Notes under the pieces: model-generated
The model's input: only the letters and a program-made list of their open reading frames with translations
Told to the model about the DNA's origin: nothing
Databases searched by the model: none
Shown here: positions 36,262 to 46,927 of the stretch, piece after piece
Position numbering within the stretch: the stretch's first letter is position 1
Layout of the letters: the number at the start of each line of letters is the position of its first letter
Program-made: the position numbers and the translations under genes
Source: Bacteroidota bacterium
Lineage (GTDB): Bacteria > Bacteroidota > Ignavibacteria > UBA10030 > UBA8401
Length of the DNA: 61,837 nt
Assembly (NCBI GenBank): GCA_021796275.1
Contig: JAJYOI010000005.1
Span: 1-61,837, forward strand
Reading direction: 5' to 3'

Positions 36262-37083
36262 ATGAGAACTTCAACTCAAAATAGTGTTGAAAACGACGAG
36301 GCATTGAAAAGAAAGGTTCGCGACTACTGGAACGAACACCCATGTGGAACACAATTCAATAATCTAGAGTGGGGTTCAAAAGAATTTTTTGATCAGGTCG
36401 AGCAGTTTCGTTTTGCAACACAGCCGTTTATGTATGAATTGGCAGAGTTCAAGCAACATAATGGCGAAAAAGTTTTGGAAATTGGCTGCGGACTTGGGAC
36501 GGATTTAATCCAATTTGCTCGCAACGGTGCAGACACAACGGGAATAGACCTTACGCCCCAAAGCATAGAACTTTTAAAGAAAAGATTCTTGCTTGAACAA
36601 CTGCATGTCAATGCACAGGTGGCAGATGCTGAAAACCTTCCTTTCGAAAACGAGTCATTCGATTTGGTCTATTCATTTGGCGTCCTTCATCATACTCCAA
36701 ACACACAAAAAGCAATAGATGAAGCATATCGCGTTCTGAAACCAAATGGTAAAATCATAGTGATGCTGTATCATAAAAACTCTTTCCACGTGCGGTTTGG
36801 TGCACCGCTCTATTCTTTTTGGCAAGCAGCAAACAGAAAAACCAAAGTTCGACAAACTTCTGTGTTAAAAGAGTGGATCCGAATATACGACGGTGAAAGC
36901 AATCCCCTGGGTAAAGCCTATTCAAAGAAAGAATTCGAACAAATGTTTTCCCTTTTTAAAAACAGAAGATACAGTGTGTACGATTCTTATAGGCGGCGAT
37001 TTCCCAAAGTGATTAATGCAATCAACCAAAGTTTCTTTGCCTCACACTTTGGCTTTTGGCTTGTTGTAAAAGCCGCAAAATAA
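36262..37083 (+). CDS. Class I SAM-dependent methyltransferase
   Basis: 'VLEIGCGLGTD', 'DAENLPFENESFDLVYSFGVLHH', 'RVLKPNG'; ATG at 36262 preferred. Confidence 0.88.
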   Translation: MRTSTQNSVENDEALKRKVRDYWNEHPCGTQFNNLEWGSKEFFDQVEQFRFATQPFMYELAEFKQHNGEKVLEIGCGLGTDLIQFARNGADTTGIDLTPQSIELLKKRFLLEQLHVNAQVADAENLPFENESFDLVYSFGVLHHTPNTQKAIDEAYRVLKPNGKIIVMLYHKNSFHVRFGAPLYSFWQAANRKTKVRQTSVLKEWIRIYDGESNPLGKAYSKKEFEQMFSLFKNRRYSVYDSYRRRFPKVINAINQSFFASHFGFWLVVKAAK

Positions 37084-37108
37084 TTGCAGTATTCCGACCG
37101 GCTAAAAA

Positions 37109-37612
37109 ATGTTATCTGCCTTACTACGATCACGTTTAAAAAAAATCAAACTCCTTGCCACTGACGTTGACGGTGTTCTTACGGACGGCGGGATGTACTA
37201 TTCTGAAAACGGTAACGAGTTAAAAAGATTCAATGTGCGCGATGGAATGGGCATGGTCATTCTCCGTAATGCCGGCATCCGCGTTGCAATCATTACCAGC
37301 GAAGATACAGAAGTAGTGCGCCGACGAGCAGAGAAATTGAAAGTCACAGATTTATTCTTAGGCGCAAAGGACAAAGTCGCGGCAATGGAAAAACTGCTCA
37401 AGCGCCATGCACTCTCGTGGAATGACGTCGCTTATATTGGTGATGACCTCAATGATCATGAACTCCTCAAACGTGTCGGTTTTGCGGCAACTCCAGCCGA
37501 TGGTACAGAACAGAACAAAGCAATTGCTCATTACATCACAAAGAAAAAAGGCGGAGAGGGCTGCGTAAGAGAAATCTGCGATTTGCTGCTTGAACTTCAC
37601 CCGTCTCGCTGA
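37109..37612 (+). CDS. KdsC/YrbI-family HAD phosphatase
   Basis: 'DVDGVLTDG', 'KRFNVRDG.G', 'YIGDDLND', 'GGEGCVRE'. Confidence 0.88.
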   Translation: MLSALLRSRLKKIKLLATDVDGVLTDGGMYYSENGNELKRFNVRDGMGMVILRNAGIRVAIITSEDTEVVRRRAEKLKVTDLFLGAKDKVAAMEKLLKRHALSWNDVAYIGDDLNDHELLKRVGFAATPADGTEQNKAIAHYITKKKGGEGCVREICDLLLELHPSR

Positions 37613-37717
37613 ATCTCATCTCTTTAATTACTGTTTGTAAATTCATGGCGCTTTTCGTATTATCTCTGAAGTAGTTGGCTTTCTTATCAAAGATTAAAGT
37701 TACTTCGTACAAAAAAT

Positions 37718-39703
37718 ATGTGCGGCATTTGCGGGATTCTTAATTACGGAAGTTCATCTCAACCAGTCTCTGAATCGCTGCTAAAAAAAATGAGCGATAC
37801 GATTCTTCATCGCGGACCTGATGATAGTGGTGCATATCTTTCCCCAAAACGTAATCTCGGTTTTGGGTTTCGGCGACTTGCTATTGTTGACCTCTCTCCT
37901 GCTGGACACCAACCGATGAGTTCATCTGATGGGAAAATAACCATCATATTCAACGGCGAGATTTATAATCATCTTATCATCAGAAAAGAGCTTGAACGAA
38001 GCGGTTACCGTTATCGTTCGCGATCTGACACAGAAACTATTCTCTATGCATACCAAGAATACGGACTTGATTTCGTTCACAAACTCCTCGGTATGTTTGC
38101 CATTGCGTTATGGGACGAAGACAAACAGCAGCTTGTATTGGTCCGCGATAGAATTGGCGTGAAACCATTGTACTATACATTTGCAGATGGATATTTAGTT
38201 TTCGGTTCAGAAATCAAAGCGCTCCTTCAACATCCTTCTGTACATCGTGAATTGAATGAAGAAGCGATGAATCACTACCTCACCTTCCTCATTCCTCCCG
38301 CCCCGCTGACAATGTTCAAGAACATTTTCAAATTGGAAGCGGGACATCGCATGGTGGTAAATGCCGACGGAACATTTCACGATGAGCAATATTGGGATCC
38401 GGTTCCAATGGGAGAACAACCGTCAATTGACTTTAATGGAAACCCAGTTTCGCGTTCGCCCCTCCTTGATCCAGATTATTCGATGACAGAAGAATCATGC
38501 GTTCAAACAATTCGAACGCTGCTTAAGCAGTCTATTAAAGATAGAATGATGAGCGACGTACCTTTCGGAGTATTTTTAAGCGGAGGAATTGATTCCAGCA
38601 CAAATGTGGCGCTCATGGCGGAATTGATGAATCGTCCTGTAGATACTTTCTCGGTTGGAATAAAAGACCTCGAGAAGTACAACGAAATGGGCTACGCACG
38701 GCAGATTGCAAAAGAATTCAAGACAAATCATCATGAAATTATTATTGATCACAAAGATGCATTTGACTTTCTTCCGAAGTTGATTTATCACCAAGACGAG
38801 CCGCTCGCCGACCCAGTGTGCATTCCGTTGTATTTCGTATCAAAGCTTGCACGCAACAGCGGCGCCATCGTTGTTCAAGTCGGTGAGGGGAGCGATGAAC
38901 AATTCGCCGGGTATGTTTCGATGATGCGCGAATTAAGGTTTTATAACACGCTATGGAAATCATATAAAATCTTACCACATTTTGTTCAGGAGACAATTTT
39001 CAAAGCTGCTTCTGTCGCATTAGAGAAAAGGCACTCATATCTTGCACTGGAGTATATTAGAAAAGCGGCCGCGGGAGATGAATTGTTTTGGGGAGGAGCA
39101 ATCAATTTCACCGAGATGCATAAAAAGCACCTTCTGAATGGTCGCAACTCAAACAGCAGAACTTCGTCTCACGTTTTTGCAAAACAATGGCACCGTAACC
39201 TGCTCGAACATGATCCCCATGCAGATTATTTAAAGAGAATGATCTATTTAGAGTTCAAAAACCGCTTGCCCGAACTTTTACTGATGCGTGTAGATAAAGT
39301 CTCGATGGCAACGTCGGTCGAGGCACGGGTTCCGTTTCTGGACCATCGCATGGTGGAATTCTCGATGCGAATTCCTAGTGCGTTAAAAATCAAAAACGGT
39401 GTAACAAAATATATTTTAAAAAAAGCTGTAGAAGGAATTATCCCTCGCAATATTATTTACAGGAAGAAACAAGGGTTTGCGGCACCGGTCAGCGAGTGGT
39501 TGAGAAATGAGTGGGCAAGTTTTGCAGAAGAAAAATTGATAAACTCTAGAATTTCTCGTGAAGGTTATTTCAATAAGACGTATCTTCATTCTCTCATTGA
39601 AAACCATAAATTGCATAAAGCAGAGTCAGGGCAAAATCTTTGGAACCTGCTTAACCTAACGTTGTGGCATGAACAATGGATAGAAGGCAAGGATATCGTA
39701 TGA
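37718..39703 (+). CDS. asnB: Asparagine synthase (glutamine-hydrolysing)-family amidotransferase 1
   Basis: 'MCGICG', 'HRGPDD', 'FNGEIYN', 'LSGGIDSS', 'EARVPFLD'; upstream TTGTAA-17-TATTAT. Confidence 0.92.
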   Translation: MCGICGILNYGSSSQPVSESLLKKMSDTILHRGPDDSGAYLSPKRNLGFGFRRLAIVDLSPAGHQPMSSSDGKITIIFNGEIYNHLIIRKELERSGYRYRSRSDTETILYAYQEYGLDFVHKLLGMFAIALWDEDKQQLVLVRDRIGVKPLYYTFADGYLVFGSEIKALLQHPSVHRELNEEAMNHYLTFLIPPAPLTMFKNIFKLEAGHRMVVNADGTFHDEQYWDPVPMGEQPSIDFNGNPVSRSPLLDPDYSMTEESCVQTIRTLLKQSIKDRMMSDVPFGVFLSGGIDSSTNVALMAELMNRPVDTFSVGIKDLEKYNEMGYARQIAKEFKTNHHEIIIDHKDAFDFLPKLIYHQDEPLADPVCIPLYFVSKLARNSGAIVVQVGEGSDEQFAGYVSMMRELRFYNTLWKSYKILPHFVQETIFKAASVALEKRHSYLALEYIRKAAAGDELFWGGAINFTEMHKKHLLNGRNSNSRTSSHVFAKQWHRNLLEHDPHADYLKRMIYLEFKNRLPELLLMRVDKVSMATSVEARVPFLDHRMVEFSMRIPSALKIKNGVTKYILKKAVEGIIPRNIIYRKKQGFAAPVSEWLRNEWASFAEEKLINSRISREGYFNKTYLHSLIENHKLHKAESGQNLWNLLNLTLWHEQWIEGKDIV

Positions 39704-39954
39704 TCGAACGCGATGATGAAATTTTAGGTGGCGGGTACGAAATCTCTGAAATGCTCATCCGTGTGGCACACAGTTAGGAAAGGCATACACGCGAAATGAA
39801 ATCCGTCGTATGTTCAGAAACTTTGTAAATTTACAGGTGATGATCGTTGATCTGTACCGTCGAAAACCGCTGAAAGTGTTCAAACATTCAACTTGACACT
39901 TACTGCACCTTGGTGAAGATTTTAAGTTGTCATCAAGAGATCAAAAGGAATACC

Positions 39955-40977
39955 ATGAATCGAACAAAATTTGCCATTGTTGGTTGCGGCAGAATCGCTG
40001 AGCGACACGCTCAGTACATTAGCAACTTGGCAACACTTGTTGCTGTGTGCGATGTTAAACAAGAACGTGCATCTGCCTTCTCGAAACGCTATGGGTGTCA
40101 ACCGTATACGGATCTCGACGAACTTCTTTCGAAGGAGAAGAATGTTGATGTCATCTCCGTGTGCACACCAAACGGTTTGCACGCCGAACATTCCATCAAG
40201 GCCCTGAAAGCCGGCAAGCACGTACTTTGTGAAAAGCCGATGGCTATCACCTCCAAGGATTGTGATGCCATGATTCGAGAAGCGGAGAAAGCACAACGTC
40301 GGTTGTTCATTGTGAAGCAAAACCGATTCAATCCCCCTATCGTTGCGTTGAAGAAGGTGATCGATGAAGGCTGGCTGGGAAAAATTGTGGACGTCCAACT
40401 TAATTGTTACTGGAACAGGGATGCCGCGTATTATAAGCAGTCAGATTGGAAGGGAACGAAAAAACTTGACGGCGGCACACTCTACACTCAATTCAGCCAT
40501 TTCATCGACCTCCTGTACTGGTTTGTTGGTGACGTGAAGTCGGTCCAGGCTTCTCTCGCCAATACTCTTCACTCTGGGATCATCGAATTTGAAGACACGG
40601 GCATCGTCTTGTTGAAGTTTGCTAATGGAGCGCTCGGGACAATCAATTATACCGTCAACAGTTACAAAAAAAATATGGAGGGATCGATTACGGTTTTTGG
40701 TGAAAAAGGAACGGTGAAGGTCGGTGGACAATATTTGAACGTACTCGAGTACCAGCACATCGACGGTTACCAAATTAAAGACATGCCTGAGTCCGCGCCC
40801 GCGAATGATTACGGCTTCTATCAGGGTTCAATGTCGAATCACGACAAGGTATATGCGAATGTCATCGATGTGCTCCTGAAAAACGCCTCAATTGCAACAA
40901 GTGGATCTGAGGGCCAGAAGACCGTTGGAATCATTGAACGAATTTATGCAAGCGCAAGGGACGGAAAGGAAAAATGA
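39955..40977 (+). CDS. Gfo/Idh/MocA oxidoreductase, WbpB/WlbA-like nucleotide-sugar 3-dehydrogenase
   Basis: 'VGCGRIA.RH', 'CTPNGLHA', 'CEKPMA', 'VKQNRFNP', 'NMEGSIT'. Confidence 0.85.
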   Translation: MNRTKFAIVGCGRIAERHAQYISNLATLVAVCDVKQERASAFSKRYGCQPYTDLDELLSKEKNVDVISVCTPNGLHAEHSIKALKAGKHVLCEKPMAITSKDCDAMIREAEKAQRRLFIVKQNRFNPPIVALKKVIDEGWLGKIVDVQLNCYWNRDAAYYKQSDWKGTKKLDGGTLYTQFSHFIDLLYWFVGDVKSVQASLANTLHSGIIEFEDTGIVLLKFANGALGTINYTVNSYKKNMEGSITVFGEKGTVKVGGQYLNVLEYQHIDGYQIKDMPESAPANDYGFYQGSMSNHDKVYANVIDVLLKNASIATSGSEGQKTVGIIERIYASARDGKEK

Positions 40978-41573
40978 GCTACAAAATCTTTCCAAACGTT
41001 CAAATTGGCAAAAACGCCGTCATTGAGAACTTTGTCATCATTGGAGAACCCCCGCGTGACAGGAACGAAGGTGAGCTTCCGACAGTCATTGGAGATGGGG
41101 CGATTATCCGGTCTCATACCGTGATTTATGCTGGTAATAAGATCGGCAATAATTTCCAGACAGGCCATCACACCCTTGTCCGTGAAGAAAACACGATCGG
41201 CAACAATGTCAGCATAGGATCATCGTCAGTCATCGAACATCATGTAAAGATTGGTAATGGAGTACGGATTCACACTCAGGCATTTGTGCCTGAAGAATCC
41301 ATTCTGGAAGATGGCTGTTGGATTGGTCCGAACGTCGTAATCACAAATGCCACGTACCCACTTTCACCGAACGTGAAAAAGACTCTCAAGGGTGCGGTTG
41401 TGCAGAAAAGAGCGAAAATCGGTGCCAATGCTACATTGCTTCCAGGGGTGACTATTGGCGAAAACGCGCTCGTGGGTGCGGGAGCAGTCGTTACAAAAGA
41501 TGTCCCGCCAGGTAAAGTTGTGGCGGGAAATCCAGCCATAATTATTAATGACATTTCAGACCTGCCATACTGA
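40974..41573 (+). CDS. Hexapeptide-repeat N-acetyltransferase, WbpD/WlbB-like
   Basis: Left-handed beta-helix repeats; '[11 protein letters not shown]', '[13 protein letters not shown]', 'VVAGNPA'. Confidence 0.85.
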   Translation: MSYKIFPNVQIGKNAVIENFVIIGEPPRDRNEGELPTVIGDGAIIRSHTVIYAGNKIGNNFQTGHHTLVREENTIGNNVSIGSSSVIEHHVKIGNGVRIHTQAFVPEESILEDGCWIGPNVVITNATYPLSPNVKKTLKGAVVQKRAKIGANATLLPGVTIGENALVGAGAVVTKDVPPGKVVAGNPAIIINDISDLPY

Positions 41574-41578
41574 GTCCC

Positions 41579-43885
41579 ATGAAAATTCCCCTCGTAGATC
41601 TTAAAACCCAATATATTTCCATTAAAGACGAAATAGATAGCGCGATCCACAGTGTTTTGGATCGGACCGACTTCATTTCGGGGACTGAAGTAGGTAAATT
41701 TGAATCCGCGTTTGCGGAATTCTGCGGAGTGCGTCATGCAATCGGCGTGGCAAATGGTACGGACGCAATTCACATTGCGTTGCGTGCATGCGGAATCGGG
41801 AAAGGAGACGAAGTTCTCACTGCTGTCAATACCTTTATCGCATCGTCGGAAGCGATAACAGCGACTGGCGCGAGAGTTGTTTTCGTCGACAATGATCCTC
41901 AAACGTACACAATCGATCCGTATGAGATCGAAAGTAAAATAACCTCGAGAACCAAAGCGATCTTGCCCGTTCACCTTTATGGCCAACCTGCGGATATGGA
42001 CATGATTCTTCAAATTGCGAAAAAACACAATTTGATCGTCGTCGAAGATGCGGCTCAGTCCCACGGTGCAACACATAAAGGCAGAAGTGTAGGAAGCATT
42101 GGTACGCTGGCATGCTTCAGTTTCTATCCGGGAAAGAATCTTGGTGCGTATGGCGACGCAGGAGCAATTACGACCAATGATGACGAACTAGCGGCACGAG
42201 TACGCATGATTGCCAATCACGGGCGCCTGGAAAAATATGAACACAAAATAGAAGGATACAACAGCAGGCTCGACACTCTTCAAGCGGCAGTTCTTGCTGT
42301 AAAACTTCGGCATCTGCACAAGTGGACAGAGCAGCGCAAGGAAGTTGCACGGCGCTACACGAAGTTGCTCGGAGATGTGGCGGGCATTGCCGTGCCTGTG
42401 ATTCATAAAGACTGTACACACGTCTTTCACCTCTACGTAGTACGTGTTGCAAATCGGGATTCCATTCAGAAGCACCTCAAGGATAAAGGGATCGCTACCG
42501 GAATTCACTATCCCATTCCTCTTCACCAGCAACGAGCCTATAATTATCTCGGGTTCAAGAAAGGATCCTTTCCCGTTGCCGAAGGCTATGCCGAGCAGTT
42601 GTTGAGCTTGCCCATGTACCCGGAACTGACAGATGCCCAAATTGCATTCGTGGCAGATACTCTGATTGAAGCCTGTGAAAAAGAAACTAATGCCCCCAAA
42701 CGAATATCTACACATCACCGCGAGCCCCTATTGCAGGGAAGAGATATTATTGTTCTGACACTTTCTGAATGGGAGGGGCCGCGCCGAATTCGGCAACATT
42801 TGACTGAAGAATTAATTAGAAAAGGGAACAGGGTCCTCTTCGTTGAAGCTCATTTCACTCTGGCAAAACTCTTCAGAAGTTGGGATTTCAATCGACTCTT
42901 TAAGTTTCGAGAAGGATATCGTGAGATCAAGAAAGGGCTCTACTTACTTGCTGCTCAACCGTTTTTACCGGGTGGTGAATTTTCCCCTCTGGTAAGTCGG
43001 TTTAACTGGTGGGTAGCAAAATTCCTCGTGCGCAAGGGTCTAAAGCAGTTAGGCTTTAGCAATCCTGTTCTCTGGATTTATGCTTATAATGCCTCTTCCG
43101 CCGTACACAAATTCGGCGAACAACTATCTCTCTATCTATGTAACGATGCATTTGCTCAACTCTACAGAAACAAATTCCTCAGGCAAAGAGTGACGACTAT
43201 TGAAAAACATTTGATGTCTCGCGTCGACGCAGTTGTCACGGTTTCAGAAAAACTCACCGAAGAAAAGAAACCGTTTGCAAAAAAAATTGCCACGATTCAT
43301 CATGGAGTTGACTTTCACTTGTTTTCAGGTTCCGTTAAACCGATCGAAATGCTCACGTATCCGCGGCCCCTCCTAGGATATTCTGGTGTGATTCGGCATA
43401 TCATAGACCTCGACCTTCTTGAATACTTGGCTGTTCAAAACCCGAAATGGGTAATTGTAATGATTGGTCCCGTGACGGAAAGTCGAAAGGAATATTATGA
43501 CAAAGTCCGACGTCTTGAATCTCTGCCCAACGTACATTTTCTTGGACCGAAATCGCCTCAGGATTTACCCGGCTACCTCAGCCAATTTGATATCTGCCTG
43601 CTTCCTTACACGAGAGGCGAAGTCTCATCCTATTATTCTTCTCCATTGAAGTTTTTCGAGTATCTTGCAACTGGAAAGCCTGTTGTCTCCACTGTTGGTC
43701 CATATGCGTTCGATAACGACATCGTGAGCAATGCAGATGACTACAGTGGATTTGCTGATGCTGTCGCATCGGCTCTTAAGAAAAATTCATTGAGTGCTAT
43801 CCGAAAACGAAAATCGCTGGCGCGGGACAACAGCTGGGAAATGCGGTTCTATGACATAGATGCATTTCTCAAACATATTACATAA
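41579..43885 (+). CDS. DegT/DnrJ/EryC1/StrS aminotransferase fused to a GT-B (GT4/TuaH-like) glycosyltransferase
   Basis: First ~370 aa: 'VEDAAQSHG', '[15 protein letters not shown]', '[10 protein letters not shown]'; rest: 'RQHL...GNRVLFVE', 'HGVDF', 'FLGPK', '[17 protein letters not shown]'. Confidence 0.85.
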   Translation: MKIPLVDLKTQYISIKDEIDSAIHSVLDRTDFISGTEVGKFESAFAEFCGVRHAIGVANGTDAIHIALRACGIGKGDEVLTAVNTFIASSEAITATGARVVFVDNDPQTYTIDPYEIESKITSRTKAILPVHLYGQPADMDMILQIAKKHNLIVVEDAAQSHGATHKGRSVGSIGTLACFSFYPGKNLGAYGDAGAITTNDDELAARVRMIANHGRLEKYEHKIEGYNSRLDTLQAAVLAVKLRHLHKWTEQRKEVARRYTKLLGDVAGIAVPVIHKDCTHVFHLYVVRVANRDSIQKHLKDKGIATGIHYPIPLHQQRAYNYLGFKKGSFPVAEGYAEQLLSLPMYPELTDAQIAFVADTLIEACEKETNAPKRISTHHREPLLQGRDIIVLTLSEWEGPRRIRQHLTEELIRKGNRVLFVEAHFTLAKLFRSWDFNRLFKFREGYREIKKGLYLLAAQPFLPGGEFSPLVSRFNWWVAKFLVRKGLKQLGFSNPVLWIYAYNASSAVHKFGEQLSLYLCNDAFAQLYRNKFLRQRVTTIEKHLMSRVDAVVTVSEKLTEEKKPFAKKIATIHHGVDFHLFSGSVKPIEMLTYPRPLLGYSGVIRHIIDLDLLEYLAVQNPKWVIVMIGPVTESRKEYYDKVRRLESLPNVHFLGPKSPQDLPGYLSQFDICLLPYTRGEVSSYYSSPLKFFEYLATGKPVVSTVGPYAFDNDIVSNADDYSGFADAVASALKKNSLSAIRKRKSLARDNSWEMRFYDIDAFLKHIT

Positions 43886-43923
43886 CAACAATGAAGCAGG
43901 GCTCAATTTTAACATTTTGAATT

Positions 43924-45267
43924 ATGGGCATTCTTAGCAAACGATACCTTCATACGCTCGCATCGAATGTCGTTCTGAAATTCGTAATCGGCTTGATCAT
44001 CGGAATCGTGACGGCACGCGCGCTGGGACCTGAGGGGAGAGGGGAGTACAATTTGTACGTGCTTGCCATTACGCTTGCCACGACGCTGTTAAGCTTTGGT
44101 ATTTCCGGCTCGAATACCTATTTCATTGCAAGCAAACAGTACAACGAACGCCAACTTTTTTATGCTTCGAGTTTCCTCGCGATTCTCCTCGGCATTCTTA
44201 GCCTACTGCTGATAGTTATCCTCAATCAGTTAGGATGGCTATCGTTGATACTGCCGTTTAAAAAATTCAACATGACTATCGTTCTTTCCCTTTGTGTTAT
44301 TCCGATTGCGTTCTTCAACGTCTTTGCACAAGGAATTCTTGTCGGACAGCAAAAAATTATGCTGAACAACTATTTGAATGTGGGGATACAGGGGCTGCTT
44401 GCCGTTGCATTTGCGGCATTATATTTCCTCGACGCGTTGGATGTAACAGCGACAGTTTCCTTCTACGCATTAAGTCAGGTTGCACTCTGCATATTAATCG
44501 TTTGGACATCATGGCCTGCCGGTCTGCCGACATTTGCATGGTCTCTCGGCTCTCACGGCTATCGCAGGCTGTTAAAATTTTCCTCTACTCTTCATCTCGG
44601 CAATCTAACGCAGTTTTTCAACTACCGATTGGATGCATACATTGTAAATTATTTTTTGGGCACTGCTGCAGTTGGGCAGTACGGCATTTCTGCCACACTC
44701 GCTGAGACGCTCTGGCTCATTTCGAATTCGATGGCGACAGTGCTGCTCCCTACACTTTCCTCGAAGCACGCACAATCGAAAGAAATTGCCGTAAAAGCGG
44801 CAGTGGCGACGTTTTGTCTTTCATTGCTCGGCGGCATTGTCGCATTCTTTCTCGGACCGTTATTGATTCCGATTCTGTTCGGTCGGCAGTTTGCTGACGC
44901 GATTCTTCCGTTTCAAATCTTAATTCCCGGTATCGTCGTGCTTTCCATCAGTAACGTGCTTGCCACATACGTTACGGGAATTGGAAAGCCGGGAATTAAC
45001 GCTGCCATCGCGTTCGTTTCCTTTCTGTTTACGCTCTTTTTTGATATTTTACTCATCCCGCAATATGGAATTCCAGGCGCGGCAACGGCTTCAACGATTT
45101 CCTATGCGGTCACTACAGTCTTGACGATTTTTTATTTCGCGCGCGTGTCGAGTATCAATCTCCAATCTTGGTTCAACATTACCCGCACAATGCGTTCGGA
45201 TGTTCAATCCGCACAAGCTCGGGCATTCGCGTTACTGAAACGTTCCGGAGGACAAAGAAGCACGTGA
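43924..45267 (+). CDS. Wzx-type polysaccharide flippase
   Basis: About 12 TM segments; 'ARALGPEGRG.Y', 'NYRLD', 'AVGQY'. Confidence 0.85.
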   Translation: MGILSKRYLHTLASNVVLKFVIGLIIGIVTARALGPEGRGEYNLYVLAITLATTLLSFGISGSNTYFIASKQYNERQLFYASSFLAILLGILSLLLIVILNQLGWLSLILPFKKFNMTIVLSLCVIPIAFFNVFAQGILVGQQKIMLNNYLNVGIQGLLAVAFAALYFLDALDVTATVSFYALSQVALCILIVWTSWPAGLPTFAWSLGSHGYRRLLKFSSTLHLGNLTQFFNYRLDAYIVNYFLGTAAVGQYGISATLAETLWLISNSMATVLLPTLSSKHAQSKEIAVKAAVATFCLSLLGGIVAFFLGPLLIPILFGRQFADAILPFQILIPGIVVLSISNVLATYVTGIGKPGINAAIAFVSFLFTLFFDILLIPQYGIPGAATASTISYAVTTVLTIFYFARVSSINLQSWFNITRTMRSDVQSAQARAFALLKRSGGQRST

Positions 45268-45893
45268 AGAGTTATATCAAGTTGTTCACTGAACGCCCAG
45301 CCTACTTTGCAGAGCGACTATATTTCGAGCGGTATCATGGTTCATCCACGGGACAGATTCTCGAGATCGGTTGCAGCGTGGGACATTTTATGAAGTACGG
45401 AGCCGACAAGAAGGTTGGAATCGATTATGACCTCGATGCGTTGATGGTAGCAAGGAAGAAAGGCTATAATGTTGCTCAGTGCGATATCCAACGCGGATTG
45501 TGTTTCGAGGACAACACGTTTTCCTCTATTGATTGCCAGCACGTCATTGAACACGTCGAGAATCCATTGTATGTCATGAGCGAGTGTCTGCGGGTGTTGA
45601 AACCGAGGGGAAAAGCGGTCATCGTCACACCAAATGTTCAATCCCTTGGTTTTGAATTCTACGTCGACTACACGCATATTCGACCATTTACAAAAACAAG
45701 TCTTGAGCGAATTGCTTACGATGCTGGATTTTCTCGATTCACTGTCGAATACATGTATACAGGATTACCCATGTCAAAGTTGCTTTACAGAAAAGGTTTA
45801 CTTTCGGTGACAACTGCCTTGCGGATTCAGGCAATGTGTCACAGTCTTGGCATGAGGATCAAAGACACATTGGTTCTTGTTGCTGAGAAATAA
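45264..45893 (+). CDS. Class I SAM-dependent methyltransferase
   Basis: GTG start overlapping the wzx stop (GTGA); 'ILEIGCSVG', 'HVIEHV', 'RVLKP.G', 'DYTH'. Confidence 0.8.
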   Translation: MKSYIKLFTERPAYFAERLYFERYHGSSTGQILEIGCSVGHFMKYGADKKVGIDYDLDALMVARKKGYNVAQCDIQRGLCFEDNTFSSIDCQHVIEHVENPLYVMSECLRVLKPRGKAVIVTPNVQSLGFEFYVDYTHIRPFTKTSLERIAYDAGFSRFTVEYMYTGLPMSKLLYRKGLLSVTTALRIQAMCHSLGMRIKDTLVLVAEK

Positions 45894-45895
45894 CG

Positions 45896-46921
45896 ATGGC
45901 TGACAAAATCCTTATTATATGTCCGGGTCATCGTTCAACCTTCGTACGGCTCGATGCAGAAACTCTCTCCAGTCTTTATCCAATAGAAGTGCTTGGAATT
46001 GACCAGTTTTCGCGACCAAAGATTATCACCGTTCCGATAGTTATTCTAGGAAAATTTCTGCGCGAACGAATTGTTGCAGTCGTTATGTGGTTTTCTGTCC
46101 CTCATCTCGCACCTTTTATCGTCATTCTTTCGAAACTCTTTCGAAAAAAAATATTCGTTTTCACCGGTGGTTATGATATTGCGTTTGTTCCTGAAATCCG
46201 TTGGGGTGAGATGCAGAGTGGATGGAAACGCTTCTTGCAGCGATTCGCTCTTAATCATGTTGATAGGGTGTTCACTTTTTCCGATTTCTCAAAAAAAGAT
46301 GCCGCAAAGTATTCACATACAGTTCCGACAACTACACTCTACCAAGGGGTCGATACAACTTGGTTCAAGCCGGGTCGAGAGAAACGGATGATGGTTATTA
46401 CGACGTGCGTGGAAATCAACACATCGACGATCATACAAAAAGGAATCGAGTCGGTGGTAGAAAGTGCTCGTCGCTTACCTCAGTATGAATTCGTGGTCAT
46501 TGGACAAGTCGTTGCTCACGATAGAATTGCAGAAAACTTGGTCAGTTCTGCTCCCCAAAATGTCACATTTACACAACGCTATATCTCAGATGAGAAACTT
46601 CTCAGGTATTACCAACAAGCAAAAGTATATGTGCAAGTTTCTGCTCACGAAGGATTTGGGATCGCGTGTGCGGAAGCCATGGCATGTATGTGTGTGCCAG
46701 TCGGCACATTTAATACTTCGTTACCGGAAGTCATTGGGGATACAGGATTTCTTGTGAAATTTGCCGATTTGGATGCAACTGTTGAGGCTATCGAAAAGGC
46801 AATGGCTTCGACGAGTCTTGGGACAAGGGCAAGGCAAAGAGTTGTCAAGCTCTTTGATATGAGAATTCGAAGTGAGCGGCTTAAATCTGAGTTTCTAAAA
46901 CTTTTACAATCAAAATTCTAG
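45896..46921 (+). CDS. Glycosyltransferase family 4
   Basis: 'QGVDT', 'QKG', 'HEGFGIACAEAMAC'. Confidence 0.88.
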   Translation: MADKILIICPGHRSTFVRLDAETLSSLYPIEVLGIDQFSRPKIITVPIVILGKFLRERIVAVVMWFSVPHLAPFIVILSKLFRKKIFVFTGGYDIAFVPEIRWGEMQSGWKRFLQRFALNHVDRVFTFSDFSKKDAAKYSHTVPTTTLYQGVDTTWFKPGREKRMMVITTCVEINTSTIIQKGIESVVESARRLPQYEFVVIGQVVAHDRIAENLVSSAPQNVTFTQRYISDEKLLRYYQQAKVYVQVSAHEGFGIACAEAMACMCVPVGTFNTSLPEVIGDTGFLVKFADLDATVEAIEKAMASTSLGTRARQRVVKLFDMRIRSERLKSEFLKLLQSKF

Positions 46922-46927
46922 GCCTGT

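Noticed and set aside
39700-39777. 25-codon ORF overlapping the asnB stop, containing an ops-like ggcgggtac
   Set aside because: No similarity recognised, and the motif does not match the GGCGGTAG ops consensus.
41276-42076. 266-aa antisense ORF, and similar ones at 59548..60204, 57427..58062 and 54283..54822
   Set aside because: They lie opposite well-supported genes and have no recognisable features.
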